Below are positions 55,342 to 64,000 of a stretch of 64,000 bases of DNA, piece after piece. The notes beneath the pieces were generated by a model. That model was not told the origin of the DNA, did no database searches, and saw only the letters and a program-made list of their open reading frames with translations. Each line of letters starts with the position of its first letter. The first letter of the stretch is position 1. The stretch spans positions 2,106 through 66,105 of the forward strand of contig CADAGD010000001.1 in assembly GCA_902787375.1 (NCBI GenBank), read 5' to 3'. The position numbers were made by a program, and so were the translations under genes. The stretch is from an uncultured Eubacteriales bacterium. GTDB taxonomy: Bacteria > Bacillota > Clostridia > Christensenellales > CAG-138.

Positions 55342-57566
55342 TGAGTGAATATAAGCTTTCTCCCGATAAGCCGATCAATGTCGCAGAGATACTTAAGGAC
55401 CTTGAGCATTATCGTCCCCGCCGCAGGGGTTGGACATGGCGTACACCGGTGAAAGACCTTCATATGGGGCCGTTTGAGTACCATGATGCTACAACACCCT
55501 TGAAACGTTCTGTTCCACTTCCCCCAGCTCACTATTTTGACGACATTGATCCTCAGCCCGCTCCTGTTATCACAACCGAGATAGCTTCCGGTCGTTTTGA
55601 GGACGATATACGCCGTATGCGCATGGCTGCGCATCATGGCGCGGATCACATCATGGTAATTCGCACAGCCGGTCAGAGCCATTTTGACGGTCTTATAGAG
55701 GGTACTCCTCAGGGCATGGGCGGCGTTCCCATAACCCGTAAGCAGGTCAGGGCTCAGCGCAAGGCTCTTGATATGATCGAGGATGAGGTTGGAAGACCTA
55801 TCAATTATCACAGCTATGTTTCCGGCGTCGCCGGCCCCGATATTGCTGTCATGTTCGCCGAGGAGGGCGTGAACGGCGTCCATCAGGACCCGCAGTACAA
55901 TGTCATATACCGTAATATAAACATGATGCGTTCATTCGTCGATGCCTGTGAGTCCAAGAAGCTCATAGCATGGGCAGGCATGGCACAGATAGACGGCGCG
56001 CATAACGCGAACGCTACCGCCCGTGAGGCTTGGAAGGTAATGCCTGAGCTGATGGTTCAGCACGGTATAAACGCCATTTTCTCAGCAAGGGTAGGCATCA
56101 ACAAGAAGAACATATGTCTTTCGACGGTTCCTCCAACAGCCACACCCGCACCATGTATCCACATGGACCTTCCCTATGCGGTCGCGCTCAGAGATTTATT
56201 CCATGAATATCGCATGAGGGCGCAGATGAATACCAAGTACATCGAGTCCTCCACCCGTGAGGCAACCGTCACCCATGTGCTTAACATGGTCATTTCCAAG
56301 CTGACAAGCGCGGACATACAGTCAACGATCACACCCGATGAAGGACGAAATGTTCCGTGGCATATCTATAACATAGAAGCATGTGATACCGCGAAACAGG
56401 CTCTTATAGGCATGGACGGTCTTATGGAGATGGTCGAGCTTAAAAAGGACGGCTATCTGCGTGATAAGGCCCGTGAGCTTAAAGAGAGAGCTGTTCTGTT
56501 CATGGAGGAGATGCTTGAGCTCGGCGGTTATTTTGCCGCAGTTGAGGAGGGCTTCTTTGTAGACAGCGGCATCTATCCTGAACGTAACGGCGACGGTATC
56601 GCAAGAAAGATGAACGGCGGTATAGGCGCAGGAACCATCGTTAAGCGCGATAAGCAATACATGGCTCCCGTTACAGCTCATTACGGTTACAACAATGTTG
56701 AGCAATACGGCGGTGATCCCGAAAATCCCTCCGCGCTCATCGGCGGCTGTACGCTTGAAGACCCGAATAAGATAATCTACATTGACGAGCTTGACGACAA
56801 TGACAACGTCAACGTCCGTATGGCTGAAACCCGTGAGTTCACTCCCGGCGGCAAGAAAATTCGTCCTGAGATGGAGTGGCTTGCTGACGGTACTGTCATG
56901 CTTACAATGTTCTTCCCCGCCCCCAAGCAGATCGCGGAGGCTGCCGCGCTCGAATGCGCGAAGCGCATGAACCTGACAGAATGTGAGGTCATATCCAAAG
57001 AGATAATGCACCCGCAGGATGGTACACGCATAGAGGTCAAGGGCAAGGTTCCGTTTGAAATAGACGTTGATTCGCTCGTCATCCCCAAGGAGCCCGATGT
57101 GCTTTCCGACGCCGAGATAAGGGCGGATGTTGAGCGTCGTCCAATGAGGATAGTTGCAGCAACCGTAGGCGAGGATGAGCATTCCGTAGGACTCCGTGAG
57201 ATAATCGACATCAAGCATGGCGGTATAGAAAAGTACGGCATGGAAGTCATTTATCTGGGAACCTCCTGCTCGCCCGAAAAGCTTGTAAATGCGGCGATTG
57301 AAACACATGCCGACGCTATAATGGCGTCCACAATAATAAGCCATGACGACATCCACTACAAGAACATTACGAAGATAGACCAGATCTGCCGTGAGATGGG
57401 TATACGCGACAAGATAATATTCATTGCCGGCGGTACACAGGTAACTCCTGAGCTTGCAAGAAAGGCGGGCGCGGACGAGGGATTCGGCCGTGGAAGTCAC
57501 GGTGTTCATGATGCTACATTCCTCATCAAGAGGAGATGGGAGCTTGAAAAAGAGGGAAAGATTTAA
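55341..57566 (+). CDS. oraE: D-ornithine 4,5-aminomutase subunit E (AdoCbl- and PLP-dependent)
   Basis: 741 aa. TIM-barrel body plus a C-terminal B12-binding Rossmann domain with a 'DEHSVGL' (DxHxxG-type) motif. Confidence 0.9.
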   Translation: MSEYKLSPDKPINVAEILKDLEHYRPRRRGWTWRTPVKDLHMGPFEYHDATTPLKRSVPLPPAHYFDDIDPQPAPVITTEIASGRFEDDIRRMRMAAHHGADHIMVIRTAGQSHFDGLIEGTPQGMGGVPITRKQVRAQRKALDMIEDEVGRPINYHSYVSGVAGPDIAVMFAEEGVNGVHQDPQYNVIYRNINMMRSFVDACESKKLIAWAGMAQIDGAHNANATAREAWKVMPELMVQHGINAIFSARVGINKKNICLSTVPPTATPAPCIHMDLPYAVALRDLFHEYRMRAQMNTKYIESSTREATVTHVLNMVISKLTSADIQSTITPDEGRNVPWHIYNIEACDTAKQALIGMDGLMEMVELKKDGYLRDKARELKERAVLFMEEMLELGGYFAAVEEGFFVDSGIYPERNGDGIARKMNGGIGAGTIVKRDKQYMAPVTAHYGYNNVEQYGGDPENPSALIGGCTLEDPNKIIYIDELDDNDNVNVRMAETREFTPGGKKIRPEMEWLADGTVMLTMFFPAPKQIAEAAALECAKRMNLTECEVISKEIMHPQDGTRIEVKGKVPFEIDVDSLVIPKEPDVLSDAEIRADVERRPMRIVAATVGEDEHSVGLREIIDIKHGGIEKYGMEVIYLGTSCSPEKLVNAAIETHADAIMASTIISHDDIHYKNITKIDQICREMGIRDKIIFIAGGTQVTPELARKAGADEGFGRGSHGVHDATFLIKRRWELEKEGKI

Positions 57567-57631
57567 TTCTATCCCCTGAGTTTTAGGGGAGCCGCTGCAT
57601 AGCATAGCGGTTCCCCACTTATAAAGGAAAA

Positions 57632-58996
57632 ATGAAAGTTGATGTACTTGTTTACGAAATAGGCTCAACCACCACATTGGTAAATGCTTTTAATGGCATT
57701 GATACGGACAATCCGAGCTTCATAGGTCAGGGACAGGCTCCGACGTCGGTACTTGACGGCGACGTCTGTATCGGTCTCAGAGCAGCCATAGACGACTTAG
57801 CAAAAAATCTTGGCGTGGACGGCATCGAATACAGTACCGCCTTTGCGACTTCAAGCGCGGCAGGCGGTCTTAGGATGACCGTGCATGGTCTTGTTTATGA
57901 TATGACGGTTAAAGCCGCAAGAGCTGCCGCTTTGGGCGCGGGTGCTATTATTAAGCACGCCACAGCGGGAATCATGTCTGATTATGACATTGAGGACGTT
58001 AAAGCCATCAATCCCAATCTCATACTTCTTGCGGGCGGAACTGATTACGGTGAGCGTGAAACCGCTGTTGAAAACGCAAAAAAGATAGTATCGGGCGGTT
58101 TGAAGGTTCCTGTGATATATGGCGGAAATATACAGAATCACCATATTATCAGGTCGATTTTTGAAAACACGGGTATCCCTCTCTACATAACCGAGAATGT
58201 GTATCCCAAGCTTGATTTTTTAAACATTGAACCTGCAAGAAGAATCATTCATAAGGTTTTTGAGGAGCATATCGTCAAAGCCGCGGGCATGGAGCATGTT
58301 CGTGATATGGTTGCCGGAAACATTATTCCCACTCCGGGTGCTGTTATGGAGTCCGCGCAGTTGCTTTACGGCTACATCGGAGATCTTGCCGTCATTGACA
58401 TTGGCGGCGCAACAACGGATGTTCATTCCGTTACACAGGGTTCCGACGAGATAGCAAGCATACAGACCACTCCGGAGCCGTTTGCGAAGCGAACGGTAGA
58501 GGGTGATTTGGGAATGTTTGTAAATGCGCACAATGTCATTGACATGATAGGCAAGGATAAGCTTCAAAATGAGCTTGATATGGATATAGACTCCGTAATG
58601 GAGCATTATAAGCCCATACCCGATACGCCTGAGCAATTCAAGCTTACACAGCGTCTGTGCCTTGCCGCAGGTATTACCTCAATACAGCGTCATGCCGGTG
58701 CGCTTCGCTATATCTATACGCCGAGGGGCAGGCAGACGATAGCGGAAGGCAAAGACCTCACAAAACTGAAATACTTGGTGGCAACAGGCGGCGCACTTAC
58801 AAGACTTCCGGACAGGCAGTCCATAATGCGCAGAATAGCCGACTGCAATGATAATGGAATGCTGTTGTATCCCAAGCCGTCGCTGCTTAACCTTTTGTAT
58901 GACAACCACTATATAATGGCGTCGCTCGGCGTATTGAGCAAGCAGTACCCTGACGCCGCGTTAAATTTGATGAAGCAAAGCCTCGGCATAAAATAA
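57632..58996 (+). CDS. MutL/GlmL-family protein (putative aminomutase reactivase)
   Basis: 454 aa, actin/ASKHA-like ('IDIGGATTDVHS', 'VATGGAL'). Occupies the position of the reactivase-like gene in ornithine/glutamate mutase clusters. Confidence 0.78.
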   Translation: MKVDVLVYEIGSTTTLVNAFNGIDTDNPSFIGQGQAPTSVLDGDVCIGLRAAIDDLAKNLGVDGIEYSTAFATSSAAGGLRMTVHGLVYDMTVKAARAAALGAGAIIKHATAGIMSDYDIEDVKAINPNLILLAGGTDYGERETAVENAKKIVSGGLKVPVIYGGNIQNHHIIRSIFENTGIPLYITENVYPKLDFLNIEPARRIIHKVFEEHIVKAAGMEHVRDMVAGNIIPTPGAVMESAQLLYGYIGDLAVIDIGGATTDVHSVTQGSDEIASIQTTPEPFAKRTVEGDLGMFVNAHNVIDMIGKDKLQNELDMDIDSVMEHYKPIPDTPEQFKLTQRLCLAAGITSIQRHAGALRYIYTPRGRQTIAEGKDLTKLKYLVATGGALTRLPDRQSIMRRIADCNDNGMLLYPKPSLLNLLYDNHYIMASLGVLSKQYPDAALNLMKQSLGIK

Positions 58997-59009
58997 TAAG
59001 GAGCCAATC

Positions 59010-60080
59010 ATGTATCCAAGAGTTTCCATCTATCTGAAAAAGCTCAAGCAGAATCTTGAGTTTCTTACCGATTTGTGCCATTCTCAGGGCATAGAAACAG
59101 CTATCGTCACAAAGGTGTTCTGTGCGGACGAAAGAATAGTCGATATCATCAATGACAGCAACGCTGATATGATCGCCGATTCGCGCGTTCAGAACCTTTG
59201 CGGAATTAGCACCGCAAAGCCGAAGCTGCTTCTTCGTATCGGACTGCAAAGCGAAGCCGATACTGTTGTTTCATGCTCCGACATATCCATGCAGAGTGAA
59301 ATTGAAACCATAATGCTGCTGAACGCTTCCGCAAAAAGGATTAATACTGTCCATAAGATAATACTTATGATAGATATGGGTGACTTGCGCGAAGGTATAT
59401 TCAACACCGATTATGAGACGATTCTAAAAACAGCCAAGGCAATAAACGAAGCGTCCAATCTGGAGCTTTACGGCGTTGGCGTAAACCTTACATGCTATGG
59501 CGGAATCCTTCCCGATGAGAATAACCTTGGAGGGCTTGTCGCTATTGCCGAAAAACTCAGAGCTGACACCGGCGCACGAATCCCCATAGTTTCCGGCGGT
59601 AATTCATCCACAATGGGACTTCTGATGTCCCACACAGTTCCGTCCGGTATAAACCATCTGCGTCTTGGCGAATCATTTGTACTCGGAAACGATACTGCGG
59701 TTGGTAAACCCGTCAAGGGTCTTAATACCGATTGCTTTGTGCTTGAAGCTGAGATAGTCGAGCTGCAAACCAAGCCCTCAAAGCCCATAGGCAAAAGAGG
59801 CCCCAACGCTTTTGGCGAGTATCTTGAGTATCCTGACCGCGGCATGATGAAACGCGCTATACTCGGTATTGGCCGTCAGGATGTCGCGGTTGATGGATTG
59901 ACGCCATGCGATCCGGATATTGAGATAATCGGGGCAAGCTCTGACCACCTGATAATCAATCTCAATGCTTGTAAAACCGAATATAAGGTCGGTGATATTG
60001 TAAGATTCATTCCCGATTACGGTGCGTTGCTCCATCTCTTCACAAGTAAATATGTCGGCAGAAACTATATTGAGCTATAA
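59010..60080 (+). CDS. orr: Ornithine racemase (alanine-racemase-fold PLP enzyme)
   Basis: 356 aa. PLP-Lys context 'AIVTKVFC'. Last gene of the cluster. Confidence 0.78.
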   Translation: MYPRVSIYLKKLKQNLEFLTDLCHSQGIETAIVTKVFCADERIVDIINDSNADMIADSRVQNLCGISTAKPKLLLRIGLQSEADTVVSCSDISMQSEIETIMLLNASAKRINTVHKIILMIDMGDLREGIFNTDYETILKTAKAINEASNLELYGVGVNLTCYGGILPDENNLGGLVAIAEKLRADTGARIPIVSGGNSSTMGLLMSHTVPSGINHLRLGESFVLGNDTAVGKPVKGLNTDCFVLEAEIVELQTKPSKPIGKRGPNAFGEYLEYPDRGMMKRAILGIGRQDVAVDGLTPCDPDIEIIGASSDHLIINLNACKTEYKVGDIVRFIPDYGALLHLFTSKYVGRNYIEL

Positions 60081-60099
60081 GATAAAGAAAGGCAAAACA

Positions 60100-61263
60100 A
60101 TGTTTGTTCATAATGTAACCTTCCAAAACAATCTCAGGTACAGGACATGGGCTGAAATAGACCTTGCAGCCATGAAGCAGAACTTAGAATATGCCAAGAA
60201 AATATCCGGCAAGCCCGTTATCTGTGTTATAAAGGGCGATGCATACGGTCACGGCGCAGTCGAATGCGGTAAGTATCTTCAGGATAACGGAGCGGATATG
60301 TTTGCCGTCGCCTGCGTTGAAGAAGCGCTTGAGCTTCGTGAAAACGGCGTTAAGATTCCCATACTCATATTGGGCTATACACCGTCATTATTCGTCAAGG
60401 AGCTTTCCTATTACGATCTCGAACAGACCGTTGTCGATGTTTCCCATGCCGACGAGCTTAACAAAGCTGCCGAGGAGGCGCATGTCAGGATAAAGGTGCA
60501 TATCAAAATAGATACGGGTATGGGTCGAATAGGACTCTATGCACATGGGCATATCGGCGGAAGAAAGGTCATAGAGAAGGCAATCGACGACGCCGAGCAT
60601 ATCTATAACCTTCCCTACCTTAACGCGGTCGGGCTTTACACCCATTTTGCCGTCGCGGATGTTCCCGAAGAGTTCGACTATACAAAGGCACAGTATAAGA
60701 ACTATTGCGACGTAAGGAACGGGCTTATAGCACGCGGGATTCATATTGAGAAATGCCATGTTTCAAATTCGGCTACCATAATGGAATATCCTGATTTGCA
60801 TTTCGACTATGTCCGTGAAGGTATTATCCTCTATGGAATGTATCCTGACAGCAAGCCCCAGGAAGGGCCTCTCAAGCCGGTAATGACATTGAAATCAAGA
60901 GTTGCTCTTGTCCGCGATATTCCGGCAGGCTCTACAATAAGCTATGGCAGGCTCTATAAAGCCGAGCATGATATGAAGGTGGCTGTAATCTCCATAGGAT
61001 ATGCGGACGGCTTCCCGCGCCGCTTGACAAACAACGCGATAATGACTATAAACGGTCAGAAATTCCCCCAAATAGGTCGTGTTTGCATGGATATGTGCAT
61101 GTGCGATGTCACAGGTTCCGACGTAAAGCGCGGCGATGAGGTCGTTATATTCGGCAAGGGCGGCATTTCCGCCGAGGAGGTCGCCGTCATGGTCAATACA
61201 ATCAACTATGAAGTCACCTGCGACATATCAAGGCGCGCGCATACATTCTATTTGAACAGGTGA
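60100..61263 (+). CDS. alr: Alanine racemase
   Basis: 387 aa. 'VIKGDAYGHG' PLP-Lys motif, 'SYGR'. ATG 60100 chosen; the track ORF starts at 60022 inside orr. Confidence 0.92.
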   Translation: MFVHNVTFQNNLRYRTWAEIDLAAMKQNLEYAKKISGKPVICVIKGDAYGHGAVECGKYLQDNGADMFAVACVEEALELRENGVKIPILILGYTPSLFVKELSYYDLEQTVVDVSHADELNKAAEEAHVRIKVHIKIDTGMGRIGLYAHGHIGGRKVIEKAIDDAEHIYNLPYLNAVGLYTHFAVADVPEEFDYTKAQYKNYCDVRNGLIARGIHIEKCHVSNSATIMEYPDLHFDYVREGIILYGMYPDSKPQEGPLKPVMTLKSRVALVRDIPAGSTISYGRLYKAEHDMKVAVISIGYADGFPRRLTNNAIMTINGQKFPQIGRVCMDMCMCDVTGSDVKRGDEVVIFGKGGISAEEVAVMVNTINYEVTCDISRRAHTFYLNR

Positions 61264-61266
61264 TAT

Positions 61267-61854
61267 ATGGCGGTTCTGACTTTTTCATGGGAAGCATTAT
61301 ACAATGAGTTAATGTCATGTACAAAATGCCGTCTTTGTGAGCATCGAAATACCATCGTTATCGCGGATGGCAACCCCAATGCGGATATTATGTTCATTGG
61401 CGAGGGCCCCGGACGTGAGGAAGATGAACAGGGAGTGCCGTTTGTCGGTGCAGCCGGAAGGCTGTTTAATCTCCTGCTTGAAGAAGCGGGGCTTGACCGC
61501 AGGGACATTTATATTTGCAATATTGTTAAATGCCGACCTCCTCAGAACCGTGACCCGTTGCCCGATGAAGCAGAGGCTTGCCTCCCCTATCTTCGTGCGC
61601 AAATAGCTCTTGTCCGTCCCAAGGTAATAGTCTGTCTAGGCCGCATAGCCGCAAGGTACGTCTATGATAGGGACATTCAAATCACCAAACAGCGCGGACA
61701 GGTCAAGAAGGCCGGAGTATTCTATATCATTCCGACATATCATCCCGCCGCGCTACTCAGACGCGACGAGCTTACAAACGATTTTGTCGCTGATCTTCTT
61801 GCCGCAAAAAAGCTTCTGAAACGTATAGAAAACTCTGAGAAAATAGAAGCATGA
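61267..61854 (+). CDS. Uracil-DNA glycosylase, family 4
   Basis: 'CTKCRLC' Fe-S Cys pattern, 'GEGPGREEDEQGVPFVG', 'HPAALLR'. Confidence 0.88.
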   Translation: MAVLTFSWEALYNELMSCTKCRLCEHRNTIVIADGNPNADIMFIGEGPGREEDEQGVPFVGAAGRLFNLLLEEAGLDRRDIYICNIVKCRPPQNRDPLPDEAEACLPYLRAQIALVRPKVIVCLGRIAARYVYDRDIQITKQRGQVKKAGVFYIIPTYHPAALLRRDELTNDFVADLLAAKKLLKRIENSEKIEA

Positions 61855-61859
61855 ACTTT

Positions 61860-61903
61860 AAAGGAGCCGTCGCAGTTTCAAGAACGACGGCTCCTTTATT
61901 ATT
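61860..61903. terminator. Bidirectional terminator between UDG and lpd
   Basis: 13-bp perfect stem 'aaaggagccgtcg' (61860-61872) / 'cgacggctccttt' (61885-61897), then 'attattc'. Confidence 0.8.
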
Positions 61904-61922
61904 CTACTTGTATCTATCGGTA

Positions 61923-63326
61923 TTATTTCCTCTTGGGAATCGCATGACAGCAAAGTCCCTCCCAATCATGAGCGGCTTCCATAACGGCTTCGCTTATCGT
62001 GGGATGAGCATGGATGGTATCGGCAACATCCTTGACCGAACCGCCAAGCTTGATTACGGCGGCAAGCTCGGCGATCATGTCGGTCGCTCTCGGACACATG
62101 AGCTGTGCGCCGATGAGCTTTCCGTCCATATCGGATATGAGCTTTACAATGCCGAGGTTCTCACCCATTACCATTGCGCGTCCGTTACCGGCAACATTGA
62201 ATGTGCCGACCTTGTACTCGATTCCCTGCGCCTTTGCCTTGTCCTCGGAGATACCGACAAACGCTATCTCAGGACTTGTGTAAATGCAGGAGGGAACGAC
62301 GCTGTAATCCATTGTTTCATCATGTCCGGCAGCATTTGCGGCGGCGACAAGACCCTGTGCGGAAGCGACATGAGCAAGCTGAATCTTGCCCGTTATATCG
62401 CCGATGGCATAAATGTTTTCGATATTGGTTCTGCAATGCTCGTCGATATTGACGAAAGCGCGGTTCATTTCGATGCCAAGCTCCTCAAGACCTATGCCGC
62501 GGGTTTCGGCCATTCTGCCGACGCTGACAACACAGCACGCGCCCGAAGCGGTCTTAACAACGCCGTTAAGCTCATAGCTGACCGTGACAGTATCGCCGCC
62601 TTCAAGCTTTGTGACCTTAGCGTTATTGATAATGGAAACCTTCTTCTTTTTCAGTACGCGCAAAGCGGTACGGACTATGTCGGAATCCGCGCCGGGCAAA
62701 ATGGATGGCATCATCTCGATTACCGTAACGGGTCTGCCGAGGGTCGAGAAAAGTGTCGCAAACTCGATACCGATTACGCCTCCGCCGATTATGACGAAGC
62801 TTTCGGGAAGCTCTGTCATGGACAGTATGTCGTCAGAGGTGACGATGTTCTTGCCGTCTATACCCTCAATGGGAGGACGAGCCGGAGATGAACCCGTTGC
62901 AAGTATCAGCTTATCGTACGAGATGTCAATGCATTCGTCAGCCGACTGTTCAATGTGCATATTGTGATTGTCGGTCAAGCGGCCGAATCCCTTTATTACG
63001 GTAACGCCGTGAGCTTTTTCCAGACTGCCTATGCCCGAAACAAGCTTTTCAACTGTTGCGCTCTTGAAGGCTGCCATCTTGCTGTAGTCGAAGCCGACCT
63101 CGGATGCCATAACACCGAATGTTGAAGCGTTTACCGTCTGCTCATATACCTCCGCGCCATGAAGCAGCGCCTTTGTGGGAATACATCCTCTGTTAAGACA
63201 TGTACCGCCAAGCTCCCTTGCCTCAACAAGCGCAACCTTTTTACCCAACTGAGCCGCCCTTATCGCGGCAACATATCCGCCGGGGCCTCCGCCCAGAACT
63301 GCTATATCATAATCATAACTGCACAT
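61923..63326 (-). CDS. lpd: Dihydrolipoyl dehydrogenase
   Basis: 467 aa. 'VLGGGPGGYVAAIRAAQLG', redox disulfide 'GGTCLNRGCIPTK', C-terminal 'HAHPTISE'. Confidence 0.9.
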   Translation of the reverse strand: MCSYDYDIAVLGGGPGGYVAAIRAAQLGKKVALVEARELGGTCLNRGCIPTKALLHGAEVYEQTVNASTFGVMASEVGFDYSKMAAFKSATVEKLVSGIGSLEKAHGVTVIKGFGRLTDNHNMHIEQSADECIDISYDKLILATGSSPARPPIEGIDGKNIVTSDDILSMTELPESFVIIGGGVIGIEFATLFSTLGRPVTVIEMMPSILPGADSDIVRTALRVLKKKKVSIINNAKVTKLEGGDTVTVSYELNGVVKTASGACCVVSVGRMAETRGIGLEELGIEMNRAFVNIDEHCRTNIENIYAIGDITGKIQLAHVASAQGLVAAANAAGHDETMDYSVVPSCIYTSPEIAFVGISEDKAKAQGIEYKVGTFNVAGNGRAMVMGENLGIVKLISDMDGKLIGAQLMCPRATDMIAELAAVIKLGGSVKDVADTIHAHPTISEAVMEAAHDWEGLCCHAIPKRK

Positions 63327-63412
63327 AATAAACCTCCTTAGTCATATGGTAAAAGGATAACATATTCTTGTTTTTTTTTCAACCGTAAAACCAATTATAT
63401 TTATAGAACACC

Positions 63413-63443
63413 AAAAAAAGTCCAAGATTAAGCTTCTCGGACT
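63413..63443 (-). terminator. Rho-independent terminator after spoVT
   Basis: Minus strand reads 'agtccgag' - 9 nt - 'cttggact' (one G-U pair), followed by T7. Confidence 0.8.
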
Positions 63444-63501
63444 TTAACTGTTCTGCAGGCTGTATCAATAAAGCTGATTTGCCGCAAAAAGCCTTTCTTA
63501 T

Positions 63502-64000
63502 TCAGTTTTCCATCTGTTTTCCCATAAAGCCTGCGGCGGTTTCACATACTTTTATTTCCGTATGATCAAACTTTATCCCCTGCTCCTTCGAAAGAAGCAT
63601 TACAGCTCCGATGGGGTCTCCCGATGAAAAAATCGGAATGATAATCTGCGCTGTATAGCTTTCTTCGCTTCCGTCGGTTGTTATCGGCAGCAATGCCTCT
63701 CCTGCGGACGTATTAGCGCACACCTTTATTCGATTTTGCATAATTCTCTCTATTTCCTCATGTATCGGGCGATCCTGCAGCTCCTTCTTCCCCGCTCCCG
63801 ATACTGCTATGACGACATCCTTATCGCATATAGCAGCAATGTGTCCCACGGACTGGTGTAGTGCTTCGGCAAACTCCCGCGCATATTCTCCAAGCTCGCC
63901 TATGGGAGAGTATTTTTTGAGTATTACTCCGCCCTCCCTGTCAACAAATATTTCAAGAGGATCGCCCTCCCTTATTCTCAATGTACGTCTTATTTCCTTT
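63502..64000 (-). CDS. spoVT: Stage V sporulation protein T (AbrB-family regulator), 5' end outside window
   Basis: 'RRTLRIREGDPLEIFVDREGGVILKKYSPIGELGEYAREFAEAL' matches the SpoVT N-terminal swapped-hairpin domain, followed by a GAF-like C-terminus. The frame stays open to the window edge. Confidence 0.9.
   Translation of the reverse strand, partial: KEIRRTLRIREGDPLEIFVDREGGVILKKYSPIGELGEYAREFAEALHQSVGHIAAICDKDVVIAVSGAGKKELQDRPIHEEIERIMQNRIKVCANTSAGEALLPITTDGSEESYTAQIIIPIFSSGDPIGAVMLLSKEQGIKFDHTEIKVCETAAGFMGKQMEN

Noticed and set aside
56322-57677. 451-aa ORF antisense to oraE
   Set aside because: Same antisense-frame artefact. There are no start signals, and it overlaps a confidently assigned 741-aa gene.
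61851-62891. 346-aa ORF antisense to lpd
   Set aside because: Antisense artefact of a codon-biased gene. It begins inside the bidirectional terminator.

Overview
This is a chromosomal, mostly core-genome window from a Gram-positive anaerobe. A T-box leader, many sporulation genes (spoVAD/spoVAEB, gerM-like, sigK, spoVT, SleB-like and NodB-type wall enzymes) and two dockerin-tagged secreted proteins suggest a spore-forming Clostridia/Oscillospiraceae (Ruminococcus-like) organism. That taxonomic call is inference. GC looks near 50% by eye and was not computed.

I can support about 50 protein genes:
- the comM-dprA-topA-trmFO-hslVU block
- wall hydrolases with Pro/Thr-rich repeat linkers
- glmS, serA/serC, pgi and a SEDS protein
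- mnmA with a coupled HMA protein, and a PBP5-type carboxypeptidase
- a methyltransferase-Hsp33-TPR-THUMP operon
- T-box-controlled leuS
- uvrBA, rnhA, a lone tyrosine recombinase and pro-sigma-K
- a complete ord-ortAB-oraSE-reactivase-orr ornithine fermentation cluster followed by alr
- a family-4 UDG, an orphan lpd and spoVT

I saw no rRNA, tRNA, CRISPR array, IS element, prophage or recognisable defence or toxin-antitoxin module. I cannot point to a clearly new multi-gene system.

The items most worth a second look are:
- the ornithine cluster in this genomic context, with alr appended
- the dockerin-tagged multidomain Zn-protease and the dockerin protein of unknown function
- a perfect 15-bp inverted repeat over the promoter of the lone tyrosine recombinase, which is co-transcribed with a membrane-anchored protein
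- the HMA (CxxC) protein translationally coupled to mnmA
- an uncharacterised domain fused to the D,D-carboxypeptidase

All family assignments come from motif recognition by eye. No database search was run.
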